Positions 49,701 to 61,216 of a stretch of DNA of 64,000 nt are shown in pieces (the stretch's first letter is position 1; each line of letters starts with the position of its first letter). The notes beneath the pieces were generated by a model. That model was not told where the DNA came from and did no database searches. It saw nothing but the letters and a program-made list of their open reading frames with translations. Made by a program: the position numbers and the translations under genes. Source of the stretch: Malacoraja senta (lineage: Eukaryota); NCBI GenBank assembly GCA_038087875.1, contig CM075991.1:7380001-7444000 (forward strand), read 5' to 3'.

Positions 49701-51374
49701 TATCAACATTCGTTTATGCCCTACCATTTACTATATATGTCCTACCCTTATTTAACATTCCAAAGTTCTGTCTGCCAATGTTCTGCCAAACTTTTAATTT
49801 GATCTGTCGACTTAGACAATCTTCCTCATTATTCACAACATTTTGTGTCAAATATCAAATGTTGTACTAGATATTACTGTGCCCTGGTATTGCACACTAA
49901 TACCAGTTCGAAAGCACTATGCTTCATCCATTTAATTTGCACTTTCCGTGCACTCTTCACATGTCCGATCTGGAAGTCCCAGAAGTACCAACACATCGAG
50001 AGTGCCAAATATGTCAGGCCTCTCCCTCTGCTGGTCTTTAGGCCTGGTGATGGATTGTACTGGGAAATCATACTACCATCAGACTGGGGAATCCCCTCTC
50101 ACAACCTGCACCAGTCAGACCCCAATTCATTGTGAATAGAATTCATTGTGAATTAGAAGAGAAAGGGGAAGACAAGTTCCTGTTGTGAAACATTTTATCT
50201 TTGGTTCGATATTTAAAACATTATTTGGGTTTTTTTTGGTGTTTGAGTTATTTAACCTTATTTAAACAAAAGGTTTAAAACATGACTATGTGTAGGAAGG
50301 AACAGCAGACGCTGGTTTAAACCGAAGATAGACACAAAATGCTGGAGTAACTCTGAGGGACAGGCAGCATCTCTGGATAGCAGGAAAGGATGATGTTTTG
50401 GGTCAAGACCCTTCCTCAGACAACTTACACCAATTTTAATGGTTTGACGGTTGGTCTGACATGTTTCAATCAAATTTTCAATCTTCCTCATATACTCTGA
50501 CTCATCATCTAATGGTGAAATCATTGGCAAATTTCTAGATGCTGTTGGACGTGTCTGGTTGCACAAGATTAGAACAGGGGTCTGAGCACACAGCCTTGAA
50601 AGATCACAGCTAAGCATATAGCTTAGTAGGTTGTCAAATCATTTTGAGAAGTTTCAGGCTTTGAGCTTCCTCACTGAATTGTTAGAGGTCAAGCTGACAT
50701 CGAGACTACGTTATTGGAGTCTGTGGTGACTCGGACCAACAAAACGTGTCCTGTACATTTGGACCAGGTATGTATTGGCACTGAGTCATTCTAGTGAAAT
50801 ATGTGTAGCTAAAGGCAGAATAGGATTGGAACATGAGAATGCAAGAAGTGGCAGAAGATAAAGGCTACAGAGCTTGCACAGATTCTCAACCCTGCTCTGC
50901 CATTCAAGCAGTTAATGGATGATTTATCTCTTGTCATGTTTTTCAGTCTCCACAATGCTCCCTACAAACTCTCATCATTCCATGGAGCAAAAATCGATCT
51001 TGATGTGAATATATTCACTCCTGCACAAATTCCAAAAATACACAAACCTCTGGGGCAAGAACCTCCTCCTAATCACTGTGCATGTGTGCATGCTTAATTT
51101 GAAACTGTACTCTTAAGTTATACAAACTGTTTTTGATTCCCCGATGGAAATATCCTCGCAGCAACCACCACAGTAAGTTGACTCAGAATCTTGTTACAAT
51201 CACCTATCATTCTAAATTTGAATGGGTTCATGCACAACCTGCTCCGCCTATCCTCATAACAACCCCTTCATCACAAACTAGAAGTTGATCTCCATTCTGG
51301 CTCCAGAGCAAGTAGCAATTCCCCTTAAGTTAAAAAAAATAAATAAAACTGTGCCAAGTATTCCGATTGTAGAA

Positions 51375-51590
51375 ACACAGAACTGCAGATGCTGGGTTAC
51401 AAAAAATGTCACATGGTGCTGGAGTAACTCAGCGGGTCAGGTAGCATCCTTGGAGGGCATGGAGAGGTGACATTTCAGGTTGGAACCCTTCGTCAAATTT
51501 GAAGAAGAGTCCAGACCCGAAACGTCACTTATCTATGTCCTCCAGAGATGTTGCCTGACCCGCTGAGTTATGATAGAACTTTGTGTCTTT
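51375..51590. mobile_element. Penelope pLTR-derived fold-back unit
   Basis: Inverted TAACTCAGCGGGTCAGG arms around degenerate hammerhead cores. Confidence 0.65.
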
Positions 51591-51952
51591 TTCCATGATT
51601 CCAATTGTTGCCTGACTACCACTGCACAGTTGGATCAAGCCCTTGCTACTTTTGTACCTCATCACATTTGTAAATAAGGCCAATATTCCACTTCCCTTTC
51701 TAATTATTCCTTGTTTCTGAATGGTGTGTCTACTATCATTCAGTTGTCCCTGAATTGTGGTTTCAAGTCCACACTTGAAAACTTGAGTGTGATAATTTGA
51801 TGGCATGCAAATAAAAGCTTTCCCCCGTATCTCAATACACGTGAGAATAATACACCAAATCAACACCAAAAAAAATACAAGTATTAGTTGCCTTCACTCA
51901 ACACAGAGAAAAGGGAATATAATAAGAGCACACTATTTGTAAGTATGCCTTA

Positions 51953-52264
51953 AGGGCCTGTCCCACTGTACGAGCTAATTCAAGAGCTCTCCCGAGTTAA
52001 AAAAAAAATCAAACTCGCAGTAAGCACGTAGAATGTATATTGCGGGTACGTCGGAGCTCGGGACGTCTCTTAGCGGCTCGTAACGCTAACGGCAGGTACT
52101 CGGGAAACGCGGTAAGCTCGGGAAGACTCGTGAAGATTTTTCAACATGTTGAAAAATGTCCACGAGAGCCCCGAGTACCTACGAGCGGCTATTACTGTAA
52201 TTTTCCGAGTTCGAATCAGGGGAAACTTGGGAGAATTCTTGAATTAGCTCATACAGTGGGACAG
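51953..52264. mobile_element. MITE (AGGGCCTGTCCCACT family)
   Basis: ~40-bp imperfect TIRs CTGTCCCACTGTACGAGCTAATTCAAGAG / TTCTTGAATTAGCTCATACAGTGGGACAG. Same family as 55428-55745. Confidence 0.85.
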
Positions 52265-52317
52265 CACCATTACTGGGAAGCTACCCTGGCCTCAAATCTG
52301 TATCCCAACAACATTTG

Positions 52318-52610
52318 GGGCGGCACGGTGGCGCAGCGGTAGAGTTGCTGCCTTACAGCGCCAGAGACTCGGGTTCGATCCTGACTATGGGCCCTTGTCC
52401 CTATGACGTTTGCACGTTCTCTCTGTGACCTTCGTGGGGTTTTTTCCGAAGCTCCGGTTTCCTCCCACACTCCGAAGACGTACAGGTTTGTCGGCTAATT
52501 GGCTTGGTATACTTGTAAATTGACCCGGGCGCGTGTAGGATAGTGCGCGGGGGTCGGTGCGGACTTGGTGGGCCAAAGGTCCTGTTTACACTCTCGAATC
52601 TAAAACTAAA
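52318..52610 (+). mobile_element. Full-length V-SINE copy
   Basis: GGCGGCACGGTGGCGCAGCGGTAGAG A-box, GGTTCGATCC B-box, V-domain, tail. Confidence 0.88.
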
Positions 52611-53392
52611 CATTCAACGCCACAGGAGGTGGGATGAAATGCACCAAGAAGAAAGGCATTTGCGAGGAGCAGCAATGAGAGGGTTACGAGCATTAGGTTT
52701 CTTTGTGTCTCATACAAAGTGGGGAAATATAAGAATAAAATTGGTCAACAAAACTGGAACAAACCCCAATTCCCAGAGTGGCAATAGGAAGATAGTAATT
52801 TGAGACTGTAATATGATGGAGTGCAGCAGCAATAGTTCCCATCACTGATGATCAATGTGTGGTAAAGGCAAGTCAACAATATTGTTTATTTACCACAAAT
52901 CTCCTGGACATGTATTATGGCCTGAATACCAATTACATCATGTTGACAGTTCTAATAAAATGCACCCATCACACCCAGCAATTTTGTTTAGGCTTTCTGT
53001 TTCTTATTGACATTTATTGATATTTACAATAATAGTAATATTCTCATCTCTAACTCCCCTGTAGGTCTGACCTTCTGTGCTGTGAAGATCAGATTTTACA
53101 CATCCTCAATGCTTCTGCATCTCACGTTTTGAGTTATTCTTGTTTTCCCTTTCACTCCTAACGTTATACGTTTCTCACCGAAGGTAACGTTTATATCATT
53201 TCAAGCTCTGTGTCACCTCAGTTGACAGAGTCAACAAGCTATGGTTCACACACCACAGTCCTCTCCCCTCCAAATGTCAGGGAGTAAAGGGTAAATGTGT
53301 ATCTTTTTGAAAGTGGAATGATGCTGAATCATACTTGGTGTGGACCCAAATTTCCATCAGTATTTTCTGGTGAGATTGGTTACATTCTAACT

Positions 53393-53970
53393 TTTTTTTA
53401 AAATTTTTTTTTTAATTTTTATTTTATTAGAAGTAAATACAATTGTATACAATCATATTTTCATAATACCTTTTATGTACAGCTTCTTATTTTTTAAATT
53501 TTTTGAAATAAAGAAGAAAAAGAAAAAAGTTAGATAATGAAAAATAGAAAAATGTGAGATATATAGTGTGTGAAAAAGAAAAATAAAGAATGAAAAAAGA
53601 AAGTTGAGACATAGAAAATAGAAGAAAGAGAATAAAAGAAAGGAAGAGAAGAAAAGAAAATAGAAGGAGATCATTTATAATCTTGACCATCCGCAGTCAC
53701 GGATTAGCTTTTACACCTGTTTTGCACCATACGTTTCCAAAAAGACGACAAATGGAGACCAACTCGTTATGAATTGGTCAAATTTATCTATTAGGAGGAA
53801 TCGCATTTCCTCAAGATGTGCGGTATCCAACATACTTGCAATCCACATTTTGAGCGTTGGTATTGGTGTATTTTTCCAAAATTTCAATATTAATTTTTTT
53901 GCTATCATTAAACCATAATTAAAAATTGACTTTTGAGATGAGCTCAATTTGTTCCCGTCTTCCATTACCT
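53393..53970 (-). mobile_element. 5'-truncated L1-clade LINE 3' end
   Basis: 14-bp TSD GTTACATTCTAACT (53379-53392, 53971-53984). AKKLILKFWK...W...LEEMRF...F...WSPF is the fish-type L1 ORF2 end. T-rich 3' UTR, AATAAA and A-rich tail. Confidence 0.88.
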
Positions 53971-54194
53971 GTTACATTCTAACTATAAAGCCAAGGTTAA
54001 ATGCTTCCACAATAACCTAAGATGAAATACTAGGACAGTGGCTAATGGAGTTGGTCACCCAGTTAATGAGATGTTTAACTCATTGCTCTTTTCCTTTCCA
54101 TTCTCTGTTGAACATTCCATTCCATCTGCCCTGGACCTGCATCACTTCCTCCAACTGTACCATGGTGAAAGGATTAAATAGTCCTCGAATCTAA

Positions 54195-54482
54195 TTGTTT
54201 TTCAAGAAGACATTAATGAAATGCAAAGTAACCCCTCCTTCTTCTTGCTTCACTCTGGATCTGTGGAATTGGAGGTGGCTAATGATGCTGATGTGGCCGC
54301 TGCAGATTCTCCTGTCGATGGGGCAGAAGGTGGCTGATGGGGCAGGTGGATGGGCAGTATCGGAGGTGGTCAACTTCTACAGATGCTTATGCACGGCTTC
54401 TGTGCGTTCACAATGCATAGCCTCAAGGTTCTCAGCCCCATTCTAAATGCTCTTCTTCCACATTGAGCTGTCACGGACAAAG
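54195..54482 (-). mobile_element. Decayed RTE LINE 3' end
   Basis: CPIDRRICSGHISIISHL resembles the C-terminal CxxCxRxCxSxIGLxSH motif of RTE ORFs. Confidence 0.65.
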
Positions 54483-54901
54483 CCGTAGTCAGGATTGAAC
54501 CTGGGTCTCTGGGCTGAACCTCTATCGCTCCACCACTGTACCAACCTGGTTAGACCAGGACTGAGCAGAAAGAGATGATTGCTTGCATTATGTATTTAGG
54601 TGTGGTGCAAGGATAACTAACGGGTTAGCCCAGGGGAATTTCTGTACTGTGACTGCTAAAGAATAACCTTCTCCCAATTCCACTGGTTCACTCTTCTTTC
54701 TACAATGGAAGGAAAAAGGCTTTCAAAGAATATCTAGAAATAATAAATAAATTAACAGGCTGCAATAAAAAAAATACACAATAAATAGAAGACTTTTCAT
54801 AACTATAGCAATTTTCATAACTTTTGGACATCCCAAAAGATCTGTCCCACAACAGTTGTTTACACAACTGTTGTAATGCAGGCAAGCAGAAATGAAGGTA
54901 A

Positions 54902-55123
54902 AGGGCCTGTCCCACTTGGGCGTCATTTGCGCATCACGCAGGTGGCGTGCGAAGATTTTGTGAATCCCAAAATCCTGGGGCGCCGCGCGCGCTCGCGCGT
55001 CACTGCCTACGTAAACACGCACCATGCGCGCATAATGCACGCCATGCGCACATCACGTGTGCGTCATGACGCGTAAATGATGTCGCGTAAATGGCGCGCA
55101 AATGGCGCCCAAGTGGGACAGGC
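54902..55123. mobile_element. MITE (AGGGCCTGTCCCACT family)
   Basis: TIRs GCCTGTCCCACTTGGGCGTCATTTGCGC / GCGCAAATGGCGCCCAAGTGGGACAGGC. Very CpG-rich. Confidence 0.85.
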
Positions 55124-55427
55124 ACACATTAGCTTAGCTGCATAAATTATAATTACATTGAAAAGTTTTAAGTCGGCAAAATTAAATGGAACTGACGAAA
55201 GTGAGAGTCAGGGAGTATGAAGGATGTTGTAGTCAGCAGCAACTGCGTATTCCCAGACAAAGATAATCGGCAGTTCAATCTGCCAAGTAATGTTCCCCTT
55301 CATCATATGGGCTTGATATGACGGCCACTATTACTTCATAATAAGTGACTCAACGACCTGGAATTAGCTGTTGCTGTGAAGGTGAAACTATTAGGCCTTG
55401 TTATTAGTCTCTAAAACTGACAGTAAT

Positions 55428-55745
55428 AGCCCTGTCCCACGGTACGAGTTCATTCCAAGAGATCTCCTGAGTTTAAAATAAATCAAACTCGTGGTAAGCA
55501 CGGAGAATGAACGTAGCGGGTACGTCGCAGCTCGGGGACGTCTCTTAGCGCTAACGGCAGGTACTCGGGAAGACTTGCTAACGGCAGGTAAGCACGGGAA
55601 GACTCGTGAAGATTTTTCAACATGATGAAAAATGTCCACGAGAGCCCCGAGTACCGACGAGTGGACATTACCATAAATCTCTGAGTTCGAATCAGGGCAA
55701 ACTCGGGAGAACTCTTGGAATGAACTCGTACTGTGGGACAGGGGT
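55428..55745. mobile_element. MITE related to 51953-52264
   Basis: TIRs CCCTGTCCCACGGTACGAGTTCATTCCAAGAG / CTCTTGGAATGAACTCGTACTGTGGGACAGGG. Interior collinear with the 52-kb copy. Confidence 0.85.
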
Positions 55746-56166
55746 TTAACTCTTGGCATCTCCACCGAGTAGGAAAGACAAGAAGTTTGTGTCAAGAACT
55801 CTCTGCAGCTGCAAACTTTGTAGATCTGATAAATGCAGAATGTGTTTTGATGGGGCTTCAACTTTCTAGGTACTGTTTCTTGCTGTAAATAAATCTGAAA
55901 CTATTGAACAGTTGAAATTAGTATGACTGGTAATTCTAAAAGTACTACTGAGGTACTACTGAAATTCTAATAACAAATGATCTAACACCAGATAACATAC
56001 ACATTCATTGTCATTCTCAGTTGAAAATTTACGCAGTTAAAAAGACCAAATGTAGATTTTGCTTAAAAAATGCAATTTCAAAGGTTTCACGATTTGATAA
56101 TATTTAACACACTGAAAAATACCATAAAAGTTAAAGAAATAGTGCCAAACTCTCTGTTTATTTTTT

Positions 56167-56437
56167 AGGTTAGAGATACAGCGTTAAAAACAGGTCCTAA
56201 GGCAGACCGAGTCCACGCCCACCATCGATCAGCCATGCATTAGTTCGATGCTATCCCATTCTACCCACTAGGGGCAATTTACAGGAGCCAATTTACCTAT
56301 AAACCTGCATGTCTTTGGAATGTGGGAGTAAACCGGAGCACCGGAGAAATCCCACACGGTAACAGGGAGAACTCCGTACAAACAGTACCTGTAGTCAGGA
56401 TCGAACCCGGGTCTTTGAGCTATTGAGGCAGCAGCTC
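56167..56437 (-). mobile_element. V-SINE copy
   Basis: Reverse-complement V-domain and B-box (GGATCGAACC). Confidence 0.75.
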
Positions 56438-56455
56438 TGGTTTGCTGTCCGAGAG

Positions 56456-56518
56456 TATTTTACTTCGGAGTCACGTGAGTGACTACGTGAAGAACCCCGC
56501 CAGTGTGCCTGCGCGTCA
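56456..56518 (+). repeat. DIRS left ITR
   Basis: 56456-56492 is the exact reverse complement of 60981-61017. ~56479-56518 is inverted relative to 61217-61256. Confidence 0.92.
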
Positions 56519-56890
56519 TTACGTCAGACGCCTTGACGCAAACGGACGTGAGGAGCAGAGCTCCTCCAGTGGTTTGTAATTTTTCAACTACAAGGTAAGT
56601 AGAAACTTTTTTCATGTTTTCCAGGTCCGTTTACTGTGGGTCTATGGGGATTTTTTCCACAAGACGCCATGGGAAAAAAACAGACAGGAGAAGAGGCGAG
56701 CGACACAGCCGACAGAAAGTCGGGAAAGTCGGGAGTCTGCGGTTAGCGACCAACCGCCTCTAAACCCCGGTACAGTCGCCAGCGGTGAGCATAGCGACTG
56801 TGGACCTAGGGCTGGTGAAAACACAGTCAGCGCCTGTCGGGCAAAAGACGAAGTTTAAATCCCAACGGCACACGGAGGGAGTCCCAGGCA

Positions 56891-57950
56891 ATGGAAGTAG
56901 CTCCAGGGCTAGATACTGCTTTCGAGCATATTGCCCAAATAGAAAGCCTTTTACATAGGCTGTTGGAGCAAAGTTCACTCAGGGAGGTGTGTACTGAAAT
57001 CCAAGCTGCTGGAAGCAGCTCAACAGCTCCTGGTACAGGGCTAGATACTGCTTTCGAGCGTATTGCCCAAATAGAAAGCCTTTTACATAGGCTGTTGGAG
57101 CAAAATTTACTCAGGGAGGAGTGTACTGAAATCCAAGCTGCTGGAAGCAGCTCAACAGCACCTGGCACAGGGCTGATGGAATGCACCCTCAGGGATGAGG
57201 AGCGTGCTACGGGTCATGAGATTTCAGACCCCGACTCTGACGGAGAGGCTGTACAAGGCGATGAACGGCAGCTGCCAGATGTTCCACCCATGGCAGTAGG
57301 ATTCGCTGTCCCGTCAGGGTCAGGAGATCCATTAGGAGAAGAACTGGCCTCCTTAATAAATTACTTGGTTTACCATCAGCTGGAACAGCAGGAGATGGAT
57401 GAGACTGCAAGAAAGCAGGAGACCCCAAGTAACTGTGGGTTGCTGAAAGCAGCAGCAGTGAACCAAATTATCTGGAATCAGTTGCAGAGAATATTAAAGC
57501 TGCTGGGTTCTGGATTAACTGCTTTTACCAGAATAGCAGATAACAGCCAAGAGATGATGAAGTTGCATCAGGAAGCACTGGGGTTGCTATGCAGCACCCA
57601 CTTCGAGATCAATTATCAGAGGAAGGTGCTATACGGCCTACTATGAATCCGAAATTCGCAGCACTCTGCAAACCAAGTAATATACAATTACCCAACTTAC
57701 TCTTTGGAGAGGATCTCGGGAGACGTATTAAAGAGTTGGAAGATGAAGCGAAAACAGGATTGATAAAAACATCAATGGTTGCAAAGTCTGTAAAGAGGAA
57801 GTATCCTTTCAGACGTCATACGGATCCTAGACCAGGACCAAGTCGCTCATCAACGCAGGGACATAGCTGGCGGCCTGCAGCGGGAGTAAGAACCAGTGGT
57901 GGTGCTTCCGGGAGAATCCAGGGATCTCAGAATACTCAAATGACTCAAGA
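56891..57950 (+). pseudogene. DIRS gag-like ORF1 (frameshifted)
   Basis: Position upstream of RT, with TPSNC..L....VN..IW and LLFGEDL motifs. Split over ORFs 56891-57646 and 57589-58161. Confidence 0.7.
56904..57174 (+). repeat. 132-bp (44-aa) in-frame tandem duplication in DIRS ORF1
   Basis: CAGGGCT recurs at 56904, 57036 and 57168. GLDTAFE.IAQIESLLHRLLEQ...APGT occurs twice. Confidence 0.95.
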
Positions 57951-57989
57951 GGTAGGTGGACCTGGTTCTCATGGGAACATACTAACTGG

Positions 57990-59400
57990 ATTAAGTCCAA
58001 ACGTTGGAGGCAGATTACGTCTCTTCTATAAACATTGGAAGAAGATTACTTCAGATGTGGTAATTCTGAATAATATACAAGGATTTCGAATTGAATTCAA
58101 TCCAAATCATGATTTGCCTGTCCAGCATGTTCCTAGCAGAACTCTCCACTTTGCGAAGTAATGGAGGTTCAAGCTGCACTTCAAAACCCTATATATAAAA
58201 GGTGTTATTGAAGAATCAGTCTACCAAATTCACCAATTTGGGTCAAATATATTCCCTCGATCAAAAAAGGATGGAGGATGTAGGATTATTCTAGACTTGA
58301 CAAGTCTGAATCCTTTTGTTTAATTTAAATGTTTTAAAAGGGAGACATTTGTGACTGCCAAACAACTTATTTCAGAAGCATGTCATATGGCAACTATAGA
58401 TTTACATGGATGAACTAGCTATGGCAGTTCAAAGCTTTGCCTAATGGGTTAACGTCCGCTCCCAGAATATTCACAAAATTGTTAAAACCAATTCTGGGGT
58501 TGCTGAGAAGCCAGGGGCATGTACTAATGGCATACTTGGATGATGTCCTGATTATAGGAAGGACAAAACAGTCAACAGAAGCGTCTGTTGCAGTTGTGAA
58601 ATCAACTTTTGAAAGTTTGGGGTTTCTAATTCATCCAAAGAAATCAAGGTTAACACCATGTACCTCGATTGATTATTTGGGGTTCACAATTGATTGAGTC
58701 CAAATGAAAATTACTTTGCCCAGTGAAAAAAGGGTGGAGTTGATTAAAGATTGCAGTAATCTGTTAGACGAGCAAAAACCCTCAATCAGACAGGTGGCTC
58801 GAGTACTGGGAAAAATTAGTAGCAGCATTCCCAGCAGTCCAATACGGACCATTACATTATCAACAGCTGCAGAGAGTTAAAGAACAGGCACTGAGAATGA
58901 ATGCTGGTCATTTTGATAGAACCATGCAACTAACAACAAATGCTGTTTCTGATCTGCAGTGGTGGATTCTACATGTCTCAAGCAGTTCCAGCAAAGTGCT
59001 GATTGAACAACCTTCCATGATATTACAAACTGATGCCAGTACACTAGGATGGGGTGCAACTGACTTAGCATCTAGCTGCGGAGGCAGATGGAATCAAGAA
59101 GAGTCATTGTTACTGCAGACATGGGGAGTTAACTATTTGGAGTTTTAGGATGTTTCTATGGACTCCAAGCTTATTGTTCTAACACAACTAAAAGGCATGT
59201 TCAAGTTCAAATTGATAAACAACAGCAGTTGCCTATATTAATGATATGGGTGGAATCAAGTCGGGGTCATGTGACAAAATGGCTAATCAACTTTGGTGTG
59301 GGTGTATTGAAAAGAACATTTGGATTTCAGCTATCTATCTACCAGGTAGAATGAACACGATAGCAGACACCAGGTCACGAAAGTTCCATGATAATAAGAA
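57990..59400 (+). pseudogene. DIRS reverse transcriptase and RNase H (stops and frameshifts)
   Basis: VGGRLRLFYKHWKKIT, KKDGGCRIILDL, LPNGLTSAPRIFTKLLKP, AYLDD, YLGF, LQWW, TDASTLGWG, YLPGRMNTIAD. Confidence 0.92.
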
Positions 59401-59403
59401 TGG

Positions 59404-59814
59404 ATGTTGAATCGAGAGGTATTCAATGATATAGCAATCAGATTTGGAATGCCCGACATCGACTTGTTTGCATCTAGACTGAATCATCAGCTATCGAGAT
59501 ATGTCTCATGGGAATCAGATCCAGGAGCAGTGGCAATTGATGCTTTCTCGCTACATTGGGGTGGTATGTTTTCATATATATTTCCACTTTTCTGCCTCAT
59601 AAGCCAATGTTTGCTTAAAATCAGGCAAGATGCTGCTTCAGGGGTATTGGTAGTACCAGATTGGCCTACACAGCCATGGTATCTGTTGATATTAGAATTA
59701 ACAACACAAAAGTTGATGAAAGTCTCAAAAAGGGGTAATTTATTGCTGCACCCTGTAACAGGGAAACAACATCCATTATATGATCGTTTGGATTTGTTGA
59801 TTTGCAGGTTTTAA
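59404..59814 (+). CDS. DIRS DNA N6-adenine methyltransferase-like domain (open frame)
   Basis: FGMPDIDLFASRLNHQLSRYVSW.DP.A.AIDAFSLHW...YIFPLF...VVPDWPTQPWY. Confidence 0.85.
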   Translation: MLNREVFNDIAIRFGMPDIDLFASRLNHQLSRYVSWESDPGAVAIDAFSLHWGGMFSYIFPLFCLISQCLLKIRQDAASGVLVVPDWPTQPWYLLILELTTQKLMKVSKRGNLLLHPVTGKQHPLYDRLDLLICRF

Positions 59815-59837
59815 GAAGGCCTTTTCTGGGGCGAGGA

Positions 59838-60810
59838 CTGTCTGAGCGTACTGTGGACATGCTTACGGCAGCCTGGAGGAAGAGCACTCAAAAACAGTAC
59901 CTTTCTTATATTAAGAAATGGGAAGAGTTCTGTGTACAAAAGAATGTGCAATATAGTACTGCAGATATTTCAAATGTTTAGAATTTCTGTCAAAAATGTA
60001 TTATGATGAAGGTCTGAGTTGTAGTGCAATTAATTCAGCAAGAAGATTCATTCAATGACAATAAACAGCATTCCATTCAATTGTCCTCATATTTGGTTCT
60101 GGATTCAGAAAGAAACCCAATTGGGTCACACCCAATTGTTTCCAGACTAATGAAAGGAATCTTTAATTCCAAACCACCGAAACCTAGGTACATGACAATC
60201 TGGGATGTAAGTGTGGTACTGAAACTACTTCATGAATGGTCACCAAGTGTGTCTTTACCTTTGGCCAAGCTCAGTATGAAAGTATTCATGCTTATGGCAT
60301 GAGTGACAGCACAACGAGTGCAACCACTTGGAAAATTACAAATAGACAGTATGGAAGTAACTGAAGACAAGGTTACATTCTATATCTATGACCTACTAAA
60401 GCAAATTAGGCCAGGTGTGACAGGATTTAAAATTATGCTAGCAGCATATCCAAATGATCCTTGTCTCTGTGTTAAGACATATTTGTTACAATACATTGAC
60501 GTCACAAAGAATTTGAGAAATACGGAAACTGGGTTGTTGATCACACACAAGAAACCACAATACAGTTTCAATACAGACTATTTCCAGATGGATAAAAGAA
60601 GTCTTAACAGCTGCTGGTATTAACACTTATGTTTTTACGTCTCACTCGACTAGGGCAGCAGAAACGTCGGCGGCCAGGGCAAAAGACGTCCCCGTCGACC
60701 ATATCCTCGCAGCTGCCGGGTGGTCCAATGAGTTGATGTTTCAACATTTTTACCATCGGCCTATTGTTAATGCGGGATTGTTTGCAGAAACTATTTTAAG
60801 TTCTGTGTAA
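59838..60810 (+). pseudogene. DIRS tyrosine recombinase (stops and frameshifts)
   Basis: AWRKSTQKQY, HPIVSRLMKGIFNSKPPKPRY..WDV, TAQRV, HSTRAA (~60643), ILAAAGWS...FQHFY with the putative catalytic Tyr. Confidence 0.9.
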
Positions 60811-60980
60811 ATTCCTCTGGTTTAAAGGGGATCTGATTAATTTCATTATTGAAATGAATTACTGCATTTGTGGTACAAATGTTATTATGAATGCATGATT
60901 GATTATTTCTCGTTCCGAGTCAATCAATGCAGTGAGAAGCCGGGATCGATCTACGGCATGAAATCACAAAGCTTTAAAAT

Positions 60981-61093
60981 CTTCACGTAGTCACTCACGT
61001 GACTCCGAAGTAAAATAGTAAGATTAAACGAGAACTTACCTAAGTTTGAAGTTTGATCTTTATTTTATGAGGAGTTACGTAGGTGATTACGTG
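60981..61093 (+). repeat. DIRS internal complementary region (ICR)
   Basis: Reverse complement of the left terminus joined to the reverse complement of the right terminus (61246-61325, 1 mismatch), overlapping at AATA. Confidence 0.93.
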
Positions 61094-61216
61094 CCAGCCA
61101 CGACCCTACCCTCTATCATAAAGGTCAGATGGAAGTACTTGCATTACTCGTTTTATTATGAGACTATATTACTTTGGTTGTTGTTTTTTGTGATTTCACA
61201 CCGCTGCTTTGAAGAT

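Noticed and set aside
52318..52390. tRNA gene-like A/B boxes here and at other copies
   Set aside because: These are SINE heads followed by V-domain and tail, not cloverleaf tRNA genes.
59404..60810. Methyltransferase plus integrase-like genes suggesting phage or bacterial contamination
   Set aside because: Both are standard DIRS1 domains, enclosed by ITRs and ICR and flanked by host SINEs.
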